The notes below the pieces were generated by a model, which searched no databases, had not been told where the DNA came from, and worked only from the letters and a program-made list of their open reading frames with translations. A stretch of 64,000 bases of DNA, from positions 20,832,001 through 20,896,000 of the forward strand of contig OX597829.1 of the NCBI GenBank assembly GCA_951406725.2. Reading direction: 5' to 3'. Position 1 is the first letter of the stretch. Each line of letters starts with the position of its first letter. This stretch comes from Octopus vulgaris. Lineage: Eukaryota. A program made the position numbers and the translations under genes. Below are positions 26,295 through 40,048 of the stretch, piece by piece.

Positions 26295-26440
26295 TTATTT
26301 ACATTATTTACAATTGACAGATATTTGTCCTCATCTTGTTTGTTGTTAAAATAACGTTTCAGCTGATATACCCTCCGGCCTTCTTCAGGTGTCTTGGGGA
26401 AATTTCAAACCTGGGTTCTCATTCCTAAGGTATTTTTTGC

Positions 26441-26488
<48 letters not shown>

Positions 26489-26595
26489 CATTATTGTTAT
26501 TGTTGTGCCCATGGGCATATGGTGTAGTGGTTAAGAGCGCAGGCTACTAACCCCAAATTCCAAGTTCGATTCCAAGCAGTGATCTGAACAATAAC

Positions 26596-26626
<31 letters not shown>

Positions 26627-26773
26627 TCGAAAAATACCTTAGGAGTGAGAACCCAGGTTCAAAATTTCCCCAAGACACCTGAAGAAGGCAGGAGGGTATA
26701 TCAGTTAAAATGTTGTGTTAACAACAAACAAGATGAGGACAAATATCCGTTGAATGTAAATAATGTAAATAAT
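26295..26773. mobile_element. Palindromic repeat: inverted hammerhead-bearing arms flanking (ATT)n and a tRNA-like head
   Basis: Arms ~26295-26480 and ~26590-26773 are reverse complements; ACACCTGAAGAAGGC...GAAACGTT; A/B boxes at 26513-26580. Confidence 0.75.
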
Positions 26774-27234
26774 ATACATAATTCTTCATCTCTTAAATAT
26801 AGAAAGAGTAAAGATAATGTTATCAGCATAACAATACAAACTATTATTGAAAGAAAGTCTAAGGATAATGATATTGTCATAATAATACTAACCATAGTAA
26901 ATTTTAATATTTAATATTTCTGATTTTTGTAAAGTGGCTGGTGTTAGGAAGGGCATCCAGCTGTAGAATCCATACCACTGCAGACACTGGAGTCTGACCA
27001 CCAGCTCTATGTCAGACTGTCAAACCTATACCAGCATGAAAAACTGACATTAAACAATGACAGTGATGTTGACTATGGTACAATTGATATGTATAATAAT
27101 ATTAATAATATTAACCAATAACAAGTGTAATATTTAATAATGATTTCAAATTTTAACTGCAAAGATGGAGGAAATGCTGCTAAACATTTCTCTCAGCGAG
27201 GTAACGATTCTGCCAGCTCGCCACCTTAATTGTA

Positions 27235-27930
27235 ATCATCATCATCATTATTTAATGTCCGCTTTCCATGCTAGCATAGGTTGGACGATTTTGATTAAGG
27301 AATGGCAAACCAGATGGCTGCACCAGGCTCCAATCTGATCTGGCAGAGTTTCTACAGCTGGATGCCCTTCCTAACGCCAACCACTCCGAGAGTGTAGTGG
27401 GTGCTCTTTACATGCCACCGGCACGGGGACCAGTCAGGCAGTACTGGCAATGACCTCGCTCGAATCTTTTTACACATGCCACTGGCACAGGTGCCAGTAA
27501 GGCGATGCTGGTAACGATCACACTCGAATGGTGCCTTTTACGTGCCACTGGCACAGAAGCCAGTTAGCCACTTTGGCAACAATCACGCTCGGATGGTGCT
27601 CTTGGCACCCTACTAGTACGGGGCTCGAGTGCCAGTAAGGCGACGCTGGTAACGATCACGTTCGAATGGTGACGTTTAAGTGCCACTGGCACGGAAGCTG
27701 GTTAGCCGCTCTGTCAACGATCACATTCATATGGCACTCTTTGCTCTCTGCTAGCACGGATGCCAGTCATCGAATTTGATTTTGATTTTGATTTCACTTG
27801 CCTCAACAGGTCTTCGCAAGCAGAGTTTAGTGTCCAATGAAGGAAAAGGCATAAGTGGGCTGGTTACGCTCCTAGCATAGGCCACGGATTATGGTCTCAT
27901 TTGGCTTGCCGAGTCTTCTCAAGCACAGCA
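27235..27930 (-). mobile_element. RTE-tail-type short retroposon with internal tandem repeats (related copies 38668-38965, 47500-47820, 26935-27060, 29850-30030)
   Basis: (CAT)n tail, shared TTCTACAGCTGGATGCCCTTCCTAACGCCAACCAC, repeated GTGCCACTGGCAC units. Confidence 0.7.
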
Positions 27931-27994
27931 TATTAATATTCGGTGTAATATTCAATGATGTTAATTTTTAACAATAAATATATTAGTAATAACA

Positions 27995-28902
27995 CTAGCT
28001 TAAGGTAACCCGCTCTACATGCAGGTGAGGGTGTGGTTGTTACTTTCTGTTTCTTATTGCCACATTCTCCCTCTTTGTTTCTCTCACTTTCCCACTCTCT
28101 TGCTCTTCCTTTCTCTCGAACTCTCCCTCGCTTTCTCTTACTCTCTATCTTTCTCCATCTATCTCTCTCCCATTTATAAAAAAACAAAAGATCTTGAGTA
28201 AGTTGAGAAAGAAAATATTTTGAAAGATCATTTATAAATATCAGGCAGTGACAACAGAAAGTACACTTGCCTTTTGTACGTGCCACTATTTAAGCGAGAG
28301 GAGAGACCACTCAGTGGATCACTTATATGCTAAAAATAATATCAATTTCTACTCTTATTATCTTTTATCATGCTTTGCTACCTTTTGTACTATCAGGTTT
28401 AGTGAAATTATTTTTAAAATTATTAATTGCTTTTTTTACTACTTTTTTTATTTCTTTATCTTCGATTGAATTAACAGCCAACTCACGCACTTGTATGCAC
28501 GCACATACACACACACAATCACACATACGCATGCACATGCACACACTCATGCATGCATGCAAGCAAACACGCATGCACACGCACATATTATTTTGCAACA
28601 GACAAGTAATCTTGATATTTATTTACAGTCATTACTTGTAAATGTAATCATTGAAATTACTGAGTTGTTCCCTTTACACCGTATCTATTTCTGAATGCTG
28701 AAATATTTGTTTTAAAAATCACTCTTTTTGCCATAGTAACCACATCTTTATAGCTTGCGAATTTTAACCATCGTGGGTCTCATCCTAACCAAGCATTTAG
28801 TATCCCTGCCAATTTTCAGCTCGATCCTAGCTTCGGTTTGGCTGCCATTAACCGTCAAAGCAAAATCTGCATACAATTTTCGTCCAAGGACTGTTTTATA
28901 GA
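27995..28902 (-). mobile_element. Non-autonomous Helitron-like element
   Basis: Minus strand begins A|TCTATAAAA and ends CTAG|T, with an imperfect subterminal hairpin (ACCCGC...GCAGGT). Confidence 0.5.
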
Positions 28903-30037
28903 TATGGATTAAATCATAATAATGGCATCAAATATAGATGATTACAACTGTATATATAAAAAAGTGCTGATTGCTAAATGTGGATGGAACTTATTTAAAA
29001 AAATGAATTAGGAAAATGTGGGAAATAGTGAGGAATGACCTACTCATAATGTTGAGCCTTAGAGAGGAATGACAAAGGACTGAGATGATTGATGACATAC
29101 TGTACTCAAGAAGGACTCATTCGTCTAAGAAATGAAGCCCTAGAATTATATTGTCTGTCCCAGCACCCAATCTATCTCTGTCAAATCTCTTCCCACACAA
29201 TTCAACTTCCTAACACCCACCTCTCCAGCACTCGTCTAACTATGGTACTTTTCAGTTGCTGTAGTTACATGAGAGCAGAACCGCACATATTTGATTCCCT
29301 TTATCATTGCCCTGGAACCACTTCTTTTTATCATCTGCATTCTCAATACCATCCCATACCACCATCATCCTCTTTTCCTTGTACAATCTTTCATTCAGCC
29401 AATGACACATTCACCCCTGACTTTGTTTATCACTTACTTCTTCTACACCTATGTATCTCAGACCTTGTCCCTGACACTGTGCACCTTCCACATCATCATC
29501 TGTTATACCATTTATTAGCTCCTTGACCCACTCCTATTTCCTCCATCAAAAATGATTATTCACCATTGACCATATCATGTTTGCCATTCATCTCTATCCA
29601 TCTGCCATTCTCCTTTCACACTAACAAACCTACCTACCCATCACCCTATCTGATCCCCTTATATTCATCTTCTTTACTTCAAGAGTACGCCCTTAGACAT
29701 CTCCACCATTTTTTTCTCTTTCCCAACTGAAGTAACCACATATCTCCTTTACAGAAAAAATGCCTGTTCCTGCCCGTCTATCATACTTTAACCTCTCATC
29801 ACCTGGCATAAAGCAACTTTCCTCAATACTACGTCTCAAACTTGTGGATACTTGGTGGTTTCACTGGTGCTGATATGTAATAAAGCCCTCAGTACATTCT
29901 GCAAATTGATTAGTGTTAGGAAAGAACATCCAGCTTTAGACATGCCAAAACAGACATTGGAGCTCAGGCATAGTTTTCTGGCTCGTCAGTTTCTGTTGAA
30001 CTGTTCAACCAATGCCAGCATGGAAAACTGATGCTAA

Positions 30038-30258
30038 CCCTTTCATTACCGTATTTGTTTTGAGATGCTCTGTGTTTCTTTCAGTTATTTAAAATATAAC
30101 AAAGAATTTAGTAAAATAACTTAGTTACCATTCATCTAGTGTTAGGAACATAAATTGTGACTAAGGTTTGATGGAAGAATTTAATTCAAAACTTATGAAA
30201 ACAAAACATTTGTACTACAGAGCCAGAGCCGGTTTCATCCGGGTTGGTAATGAAAGGG
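30038..30258. mobile_element. piggyBac-type MITE (CCCTTT TIRs, TTAA-like TSD); other copies 33536-33757 and 52925-53152
   Basis: Three homologous ~220-bp copies with CCCTTT...AAAGGG ends and TTAA flanks. Confidence 0.85.
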
Positions 30259-32809
30259 TTAAACAATGATGAGGAGGAGGATGATACAAGTGTCTCAAAT
30301 ATACCAATATGTAAGTTGATCAAAGAACATGAATACCCATCGTCCAAACTTATAGAAAACCCTTTTATTATTTTCTCATGCCAATGTTTATAAACTGGAG
30401 AGGATAATTATTTTTTTTCATAGGTGAACAGGAGTGGCACATGGGATACCAAAGGTTTTGGTATTTGGGGTGTAGCATGGGATTTATTTGATGCTATTGC
30501 TAGATTTTGTAAAGGTGTGACTATAATTTGTAATATAAGACTAGAACTGTTGATGTGGCATCATCAACAAAGTTTATTTGAAATGATGAAAGTAAGTCAT
30601 CTAGCAGAAGAGATTATAATGGTTTGTAGTTTCTCACTTGGAGATCTTGGAAACAGTAGAGACAAAGTTTGGTTATGAAGATATTCATCAAAAGGATGCT
30701 ACTGCTAATTATAATCTGACTGACAACTTTCCTCTATTTCACAGACTAGAATCTTCAACTGAAATGGCTTGTTTCCTCAAATAATCAGCTTTCATGCTCT
30801 GAATAGTCACAAATGTGCATGAATGAAATAGTAAAAGAATGCTGTCATGAAAAAAAAAAACAAAGGAAAAAAAATGGTTAGAAGATGGAAAACCATTTTA
30901 TTGCAGATTAATCTACAAAAGAAATTCAATGACGATAACTGCACATTACAAGTGAAACAATATAATTGCATAAGTTACCAAATTCTCCAAGAACGTAGAG
31001 AACACAATACTTTATAGTCTGTAACACTTTTTGTATAACTGTCTCATAAAAAAAAGAACTTTTTATGTAAATTATTGAAAAAGGGAATGTATTAAACATT
31101 ATTACAAATGTTCATATTTTTTCCCTTCCACTAAAAATATTTAAACAATATTCATCATATTTTAATAGAAAAGTTTCAGGTGTATCTGATGATATTTACT
31201 TAAATTATTGGATATACACAGGCTATGCAATATACACTTTCTTGAAATAATGGTGGTATATTAAGTCGCATTATAATAGAGATACTGAAATCACAGCAAT
31301 ATTTATGAAAGTGGTTAAGAATTTTTACATGGTCATTCAACTTGCTAGAAATAGCAACTAAATTTCCTTAAAAAAAAATCACACTACTTTCTTGAAAGAA
31401 ATGATATAGATAACAATCATAAATATATAAACAGACAGGACAGTAATGACAGGAAAATCTGTGATTATAGATTTGCTTGAGCATGGCTAAACGAGAGAGA
31501 GGAAATATGTGTTAAAGAAGGAACCAATGAAAACTCTTTTATAGAGTAATTTAATTTGCTGAATTTAAGAACCAAAACAAACTCCCCCCATTGTCTATGT
31601 TGGGACTGAAGCTATGAATTCTACTGAAGGGCATTACTCAGTTTGTTACCTCTGGCCCATAACTCCACAGCAACATTCACCAAAATATATTTAAAAAATA
31701 AAAAGTTAACATATTAAGAAAGGGAACTTTTAATAGCTAGAGACTTAAAATAAGAGTGTGTAGAGGAGTAATCAAATGTATTAATGGTAATTTCTGATGT
31801 CAATAGCAAAAGTGACATATTAATAAAACAGTGCAGAAATAAGAAACAGACCATGCTGTTACATAAAAAGCAACAAATTAATTGATGTACACAAAAATAG
31901 CTGTAAATTTGGTAGCTTCATAAAACCCTATGTACTGGATAACTAACAAGCTTCTAATTTGAGAGAGAAACTATTTTACTGCCACACCACACATGATGTT
32001 CTGGCTGGCTCATATGTATGAATGATGCCAAAGCAGACTGGATCATACATTATTTCATGTTATTCTACATAAGCATTTCTTGCTAAGGACAACCAAGAAA
32101 AACTTGAAAATGACAGTACAACTTGGAAAAAAAAATTAAAAACGGATTTTTTACAAATCTATAGGTTATGTGATACAATCAATTTAATTGATCATACGTA
32201 ATGGTGAAAAACTGTCAACTGTGGCTGACATTAGGCTCAGGATATATAGATGAAATCACATATTGCAAGTTATTTTTGTTGGTTAATCTTCCAATAACAC
32301 TTTCTCATTAATGGTATCTAATTCTGGAGCATCAAAGCCAAACATTTATTTGCAATGTGAGTATACTAAAATCCTATGGAAATTATTAAGACAAACAATT
32401 AAATATGATTATTTATTTGAAGAGGTCTGAAATTCTCTATAAAAGAAATAAAAGAAGATTTTACACATGGAAATAAGACTTATGTTATTTAGAGGCATGG
32501 AAATATATTAAAGGAAATCATGCCTGTAATATATAACTTTGTGATAATATTGATTGATGTATGTCTAATCAATACTCAACATACAACACAAACAATAAAT
32601 TGATATTATAAGAACACTAAATAGGGTTCATTTGGAAAAAAAAAAGTACCATGTATGAATAACAAATAAAATAAAACAAAGAATGTTTTATGTTTATTTA
32701 AACAATTCTTAAGTGACACAAGTGATCAGCACAATGAGTTCAATAAGTGACAACATGGAGTCAGTGCATTTGTTAATTTGCCTCTTAAGAACTGTGTGTG
32801 TATGTTCAT

Positions 32810-32980
32810 TTCGCCAACACTACACCTGATTTTCTCCCCTCTATACACACACAAGCATGTATCTGACTCATGCATTGTTCACTTTCCAGACATTTGTACA
32901 TTACTGCATATACTCTGACAAGTTGTGGTGCACCTGAGCACTGTATACAATAATTTCATTATTATTATTATTATTATTAT
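32810..32980 (+). mobile_element. 3' end fragment of the CR1/L2-type LINE
   Basis: Matches 23780-23960, including the (ATT)n tail. Confidence 0.85.
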
Positions 32981-33535
32981 TTATTTGTGTTCTATTCATA
33001 TTTCACAAGTTCATTCAGTTTTTTAAAAACATATTCTTAGGATTCATTTAAATATTGAATTATTCAGATTTATTGAATGCATGGGAAAAATAGATCAAAA
33101 TTGTACCATGGGAAAAAATGTGGCATTGTGGGGTGAAAAAAAATAAAAAAGAAATGAAATTTTCAACACTACTTCATTATTCTTACTAGTTATATGCTAA
33201 CATAGTAATTTTAGAGCAGGAATAAAATAAGAATTTAAATAACCAATAAGGTGCTTTTCATTTGCTAAGTTTTCCTCTTATTCAAATCAAATAACAAAGC
33301 AGCAAGACTTTAAGAGACATCCTGAGATAGTTTAATCCTAAACACCTTCATTATCCTTACAAAAATTGTCACCAAATCACTTGATGGATTTTGATAAAAA
33401 GGCATTTACTCACTACAGTACATAATTATCTACCAATATTGATTTTAAACCCAACATCTTTAGGATACTGCCAACATTAAGTTGAATATATTTTCATTGA
33501 TTATTTCTACACATTCAAAAAACCAGTTGCTTTAA

Positions 33536-33757
33536 CCCTTTTGATACTAACTCGGCCAAAACCGGCTCTGGCTCTGTAGTATAAATGTCTTGTTTCCATA
33601 AGTTTTTCATTAAAATATATCACCAAACCTTAGTCACAATTCATGATCCTAACAGTAGCTGAATGATGAGTAAGTTATTTTACTAAATTCTTTGCTATAT
33701 TTACAATTAATTGAAAGAAACACAGAGCATCTTAAAATGAATCCGGTAATGAAAGGG
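33536..33757. mobile_element. piggyBac-type MITE copy
   Basis: TTAA|CCCTTT...AAAGGG|TTAA. Confidence 0.85.
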
Positions 33758-36561
33758 TTAATGTCTCCTCTTGCTTTTGAGAACACTGATAAAAAGCAAA
33801 GTTATTCCCCTTGACATCAGCAATTCTTTGAAAATGTCATAAGCAACACTGAAACTATCTCTCCCTCTCTCTCTTGCAGCTAGTCATCATCTTGGATGAA
33901 TGCCAATGCCCACCTATTTCTCCAATGAACTAATGAAAGATCCTTCATAACCTATAACTTTGCAGATAAAAAAATACAAAAAAACACCCCACATTGGAGC
34001 CCTAGATATTAAAAAAAAAAAAAAAGGTCATGATTGAACCCTTTTAATCATCATGTTTAAGATGGGGTTAAACAACTTCCGATCATGAGAATGCTAACTA
34101 CATCCTACCTGACAATAAAGAGAAATATGAAATAAAATATTAACATTCTGTGAAAGTGCTTGGCTACACAATACTTCAACCCTGAATAGTTGCTAATCTC
34201 TTTAAGAAAATGTTAACATTCAACAGCTTTACTGTCTATCTGATTAAGAGGCCTACACTTACATAAATCCACTATACTCTCTCTACATAGACCACCATAC
34301 TCACCAACACAGCAATGAAGGAATTACTAAGTAGTAGTACACTTGAATACAAAAATAATAATGTTCAGAGAATAAACTACCCTTGGCTGTCAAATTATTT
34401 TTAGTTTCTAATGATATCTGCATTAGATATATTAACATTAATTATTGTAGTTTATCTACTATTATTATTCATTTATTAACAAAACCCTTTCTCTCATTGT
34501 TTTATTTCCCAGCCCATTACTTTCCCTCACATTTAATCAGCAATAATCAAAACTGAACATTAAATACACTAAGCTAAGCCTGTTATTTCTATGCCCAAGG
34601 CTCAAAAGGAATGTGGAAATTTTTCAGAAAAACAGTTCGTTAAATTAAGAATGTCGGATGCTGATATTCAGTTCACATTGACAGAAATGTGAAATATGTT
34701 TAATTCAGTCAGGAGTTTTGTGAAAGGAATTTTACTGAAAATAATTGTTTCAGAAGTTTTAATCTTACTAGTATAAATTATATTTTTCTTTTAGGGTATT
34801 TTGTGTCAAATCTCACCAAGTTCAATCAATGAAATACCATACAAATATGACTGAACTTCATACAAATTTATATGCCCTCAACCTATTACTGATGGTTATA
34901 AATTGTAAGAGAACGCACATGGCTCAGTAAGACTATCATGAGTAGTGAGTTTGATTCCCAGACTGGTAGCATGGAGAGGGAAGGCTGGTATGCACAGGCG
35001 ACTGATGATCTTCTATAGACAACCTTGCCTTGACTTGTGCCCTGGAAGGGAACTTTCTATCTAGGGGCAATCCCATGATCATTCATGACCAAAGGGTGTC
35101 TTTACCCTTTTACCATTTAAAAATTGTTAGTTATATTATTGACTCAAATAGCAAATATGGGTCCTCTAATGAGATTTAACTAAACCCTTATACTGACACT
35201 TTATTGTCTGAGCTATTTCCACAGATCAGTATTAATATATCATTAATATAAATAAGCCTGTAAACAATGTTAAATGACCAAACATCAACAGACAGATTTT
35301 ACTTCAAAACTTAATTATTTCATGATATTAAGTTTAAACAATAAGTCAATTTGTATAACCTAAAAGTTCATTTAAAAACAAAGATAAATTTATTCAGAGA
35401 TACATTACCAGTGTTCATTAACCAACAAAAGAAACTGTTGTTATAAATAAGATATGTTTGTTATAAACAAACTATTTATATATAGCATACAGTTATTAAT
35501 TCAGTTTAATAATAGTTTGATCAAAGCCTTAAGAAATAAATTCTCAAAAACAATCATTACAGAAACTGCTATTGACTTATGCATAAACAAAATCATCATG
35601 ATATTCGGGAGATTATTGGAAAGAAGATGACTTTCTACAAAGAATATTACTTACTTTCATGAGATTAAAAAAATATATATAAATAAATCCACAAATTAAT
35701 TTTATTTCAAATTTTAAATATTAGAAGTATACATATTTTGGAACATAATGCAGCTAAAATTGTTATCAGTACTGGATAAATGTTCCTTTATACTTCTTTG
35801 AAAGTTACCAATACAATACAATAATGATTAATCCATCTCTCAATTTTTAGTTTATTTTTATAAGAACTTCAGAAAATGGCAATTAAGAAACAACAAAAGT
35901 AAACCTTTCTAGTTTACATCACAAGTGCTATGATTTAAAGAATCTTTTAAAACAAACCTGTGTTACAGGTTTATTCTGAGTTGCTAAACTATAACTCTAT
36001 AAACCTTAATTTCAAAATTTTATTTCGGAAGCTTGAGAAAACAAAATTTAATAAGAAATGTTTAGATATTTTTTTTTCAGTGAAAATCAAAGGAACATCA
36101 GAATAAAAAAAAAAACTGAATCTGCAAATTTACCAAATTCATGTTTATTTTTTTATCAAATAAATGGAGATTTTGTAATTGTAAACAGCCATAACATCAG
36201 AATTGTATAAAATCTATTTATACATAATTATAAATTGCAACAAATGTCTAACTTTGAAGTGCAAAGAAAAATCATATCCTACTTGGAAATAACATTTAAA
36301 AAGGGAAACAAAAATTTCTCAAAAATTTTAGTTTTTCATATTTTCTTACATTGTAAGGTGAGGCATTTCAAATGCAATTTTTGAATTATGATTAATAAAA
36401 AAAATCTTTGTAGCTATGCCATTATTATTCACAAGAACAGTTTTTATCAAAAATAAGAATACAACAGCTTCAAGAAGAGTTAACTTGTTTAATTTCATAT
36501 TGTCATCTGTCATTCATTCCTGTCTTTTTCTATTTGCATATAATTAAATAATTAATCCTTA

Positions 36562-37460
36562 CAAAGGTGGGCTGAAAAGTCTATAGGCTGACTATGAAGG
36601 GACAATGCTAGAACAGTGAAATCTTGCATGCTTAATTTCAACTCTTTATTAATAACTACATTGTTTATTTCCAGGTAAAATTACATCTGATTGTTCAAAA
36701 AAAAATTTTTTAAATAACCAGTAGCAACTTCTCTTTCAAATGGTGTTGGCATTGTAGTGTTAAGTACCTGCAGAAAAACAGTTTAGTCCTGAAGGACATT
36801 CATGTAGATTCAGCTGGTTTTCTTGAATGTTTTATGAGCTAGGATGAGTTTTGGGTTCATCACTTTGAGCCAGAGACAAACAGGTAATCCAAGCAGTGGA
36901 AAGACCCCTCATCACCTGCTCCAAAGAAGGCCAAAATTGTTTCATCTGTCATCGAGGCAATGGCCTCAGTTTTTGGGGATGCAAAAGGCATTGTGGTTAT
37001 TGACTGTCTACACCTACTTGCCGTGGCAGTTGCAAAGGGCTATCAAAGGAACACCCAGGAAAACTGATGAAAGGAGTCTTGTTTCTTCAAGACAGTACTG
37101 CAGAACACAAGTCCTTACTTTCAATGGCTGCTGTGCACAATTGTGGCTTTGAACTGGTTGATCACTCTCCTTTTTTCCTGATTTGGCCCCATCTAACTAT
37201 TCTCTGTTCCCCAACATAAAAAAAAAAACACATGGCTGAGATCCAATATTGCAGTGATGATGATGTCATATCTGCTGCTTTTGAATTTCTTTGAATAACA
37301 GGATGAAACCTTCTTCCCTAATGGGATCCAAGAACTGCAGTACTGATGGAAGAAGTGTGTTGACTGAAAGGAGGACAATGTTGAAAAATAAACCTCATAT
37401 GGCCACTTTACTCATATGAGAGTATTTTGGTCAGCCTATGAAATTTTCAGCCAACCCACA
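36562..37460 (+). mobile_element. Internally deleted mariner element with degenerate TIRs
   Basis: GGTGGGCTGAAAAGTCTATAGGCTGAC / GTCAGCCTATGAAATTTTCAGCCAACC ends; relic HHFEPETNR.SKQW and PDLAPSNYSLFP. Confidence 0.8.
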
Positions 37461-37932
37461 TACTTCAATCAAAACTGACCCAATAAGCATTAACAAAAAT
37501 AAAGAAAATAGAAATGTTAAAAGCTAAAATAGAAAGACACAACTTATGATTTATAAATTACACTTAACAGATAAATCCACAACAGCTAGTATAATGAAAA
37601 ATACGATATGTAAAGTTTAATTATGCAACTTCATTTAAATATTTAACAGTTAACTTTTAAGGAACAAAATGAATAATAAACAAAAGAAATTCTGATAAAA
37701 TTGGCATAAGAAATTTAGAGGTCAAAATTTGTTTGCATTTAGAAGTATTCTGCTTATTTCTAAATCATTACTAAACTTTAATGAAATAAATGTCGCAACA
37801 AGTTAAGGAAAAAAAAAAAAATACTCAGTAAAAAGTAAATTGCACTTTGTTGGCCAATGCAGTTATAAACTGTCTCGTTTGTGATTAATATTGACATACA
37901 AAAAAAAAAAAAAGACAACTAAAATTGTTATG

Positions 37933-38271
37933 TTATTGTTTTAAAGCCCGTTGAGCCGGTGGCATATAATATTGCTGAGTAGGTTTCATTTTTTCTGCTA
38001 TCTGTTGCTGTATGCGTCTACTGTACCCACCACCACCTCTACGAAACTCCATTGTTGAGATATGGCTTTGTTGAAACAACACATGCTCATTAGTATATTG
38101 TGCTGTTGGAGGCATTTGCTGGTGAATTTGCGGAGTAATTGAGGGCTGGTGAGAATGTGGTTGTTGATGAGCTACTACAGGTCCAGATTGGGACATAATA
38201 TTTGCATTATTAAAACCTTGTTGTCCAATTTGATTCTTTCTTGTGTTAGCATTCTGTTTTGAATTTTCATG
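37933..38271 (-). CDS. TDRD3: TDRD3 last coding exon (…MEFRRGGGG…KPTQQYYMPPAQRALKQ*)
   Basis: ttttag acceptor; 339 nt including TAA. EFRRGG and PTQQxYxPP match the TDRD3 C-terminus (EJC-binding-motif region). Confidence 0.92.
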   Translation of the reverse strand, partial: HENSKQNANTRKNQIGQQGFNNANIMSQSGPVVAHQQPHSHQPSITPQIHQQMPPTAQYTNEHVLFQQSHISTMEFRRGGGGYSRRIQQQIAEKMKPTQQYYMPPAQRALKQ

Positions 38272-38430
38272 CTAAAAGAAATAGATATTTTATAAACATT
38301 AAACAAATGCAGACAGAAATAATAACTGTAGATATCAATATATTACTGCTTTAATCTGTTATTAAATTCATATAATATAGCCAGCATGTACTAAATGGAT
38401 TACTTCTTTCAGTGGAAAAATTTAAGAAAG

Positions 38431-40048
38431 TGTTGTAGAGTAAAAATGTACACCCCTCCCAGTAAAAAATGGTAGTAGCCAGCTATTATAAATAGACCAG
38501 TAGCAGATTGAAAGGTTGAGAGTACATGTAGACTGTGTTGATAGTTGCGTCTGTGCTGATGTAGTAATTATACTTTGATACTGAGTGGGTGTTATAACGA
38601 TCAAAGCTTTTGAGGATAATAACACTGACTGGGGGGTCGTACAGTGCCAGATTGAAACATTCTATCAATCATCATCATCATCGTTTAACGTCCGTTCTCC
38701 ATGCTAGCATGGGTTGGACAGTTCGACCGGGGATCTGGGAAGCCAGAAGGCTGCACCAGGCTCCAGTCTTATCTGGCAATGTTTCTACAGCTGGATGCCC
38801 TTCCTAACGCCAACCACTCCGTGAGTGTAGTGGGTGCTTTTTACATGCCACCTGCACAGGTGCCAGGCGAGGCTGGCAACGGCCACGGTCGGATTGGTGT
38901 ATTTTACGTGCCACCGGCACGGAAGCCAGTCGAGGCGGTGCTGGCATTGGCCACGAGTCGGATAGACTTCGGAATATAATATCTGTCAGAGCAACAACCG
39001 TCGTCAAAAGACAGATACAACAGAGACAATGAGGAAAAACAAATTTACATGGAGTGAAAAGAAAATACATTCACACAAAGAGTTTAAACTAATTCATGTG
39101 GAAAATTAAATACCTCGACAGAAAAGAAACAAAAATCTTGCTGTGCAAACTTACAAAAATCGTAAAATATGAAAAACTTGTTAGTTGGGATAGTTGAGTT
39201 GCAAAAACAGCAACAATAACAACAACAACAAGGATTGCAGTAGTAAATGTGACAACTAATGAAGTTGATAACCAAACCAGAGAATACATTTTCATCTGAC
39301 CATGTAGCAGTGAAAAAAAAAATATGTGCTAGTGAAGATATGCCAAAATTCTTTAGAATAGGTGATAAGTTATATGTAAGAATGTACAAGAACGGCAAGC
39401 AATACCGGGAAGAAGGAGAAATGAAATGGAAAGGAGACATAGAAACCAGCTTAAGGAAAGAGTAATAGAAAAGGAACCAACAAGAGTAGAAATACAGATG
39501 GATTGGCTATATGACACTTTTCAGGTTCCAACACTGTTACAAGAAGTTGAAACCACACATACAAGGAAAAGGAAGAACACTAAATTCCTAAAAGTAGACC
39601 CTAAGAAAAAAGATATTGAGTGTGTGTATGTGTGTATGTATGTATATATATATTTATATATATATATAAATAAAAGAAAAAAGGAGGAGATAGGGTTAAT
39701 AAAAGAAATTGATTGCTAAATAGAAAAATTAAAAGGGGAAACGTTGTATAGTGAAACTGTACACTCCTCCTGGTAAGAAGTGGTAGTAGCCAGCCATTAT
39801 AACTAGACCAGTAGCCAGTCAAAAGGTTGAGAGTACATGTAAACTGTGTTGATAGTAGTGTCTGTGCTGATATGGTAATTATACTGTGATACTGAGTGGG
39901 TGTTTTAACGATACAAGCTTTTGAGGATGATAATAATGTATAACTAGGGGTCATACAGTGCCAGATAGAACCATTCTACCTACCAACAACTTTAGAATAT
40001 AACAATATCTGTCGGAGCAACAACTGTCGTCAAAAGACAGATACAATT
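38431..40048 (+). mobile_element. Internally deleted LTR retrotransposon (LTRs 38431-39022, interrupted by a retroposon, and ~39742-40048)
   Basis: Diverged direct repeats; TGTTGTA...TACAACA termini on the 5' LTR; polypurine AAAAGGGGAAA before the 3' LTR; integrase C-terminal relic FRIGDKLYVRMY. Confidence 0.75.

Noticed and set aside
26513-26580. tRNA gene
   Set aside because: Has A/B boxes but no proper acceptor stem or cloverleaf; SINE-type head.
29040-29850. Pyrimidine-rich ORFs 29089..29526 and 29291..29518
   Set aside because: Low-complexity sequence, probably an old retroelement 3' region; no recognisable domain or splice-consistent exon.
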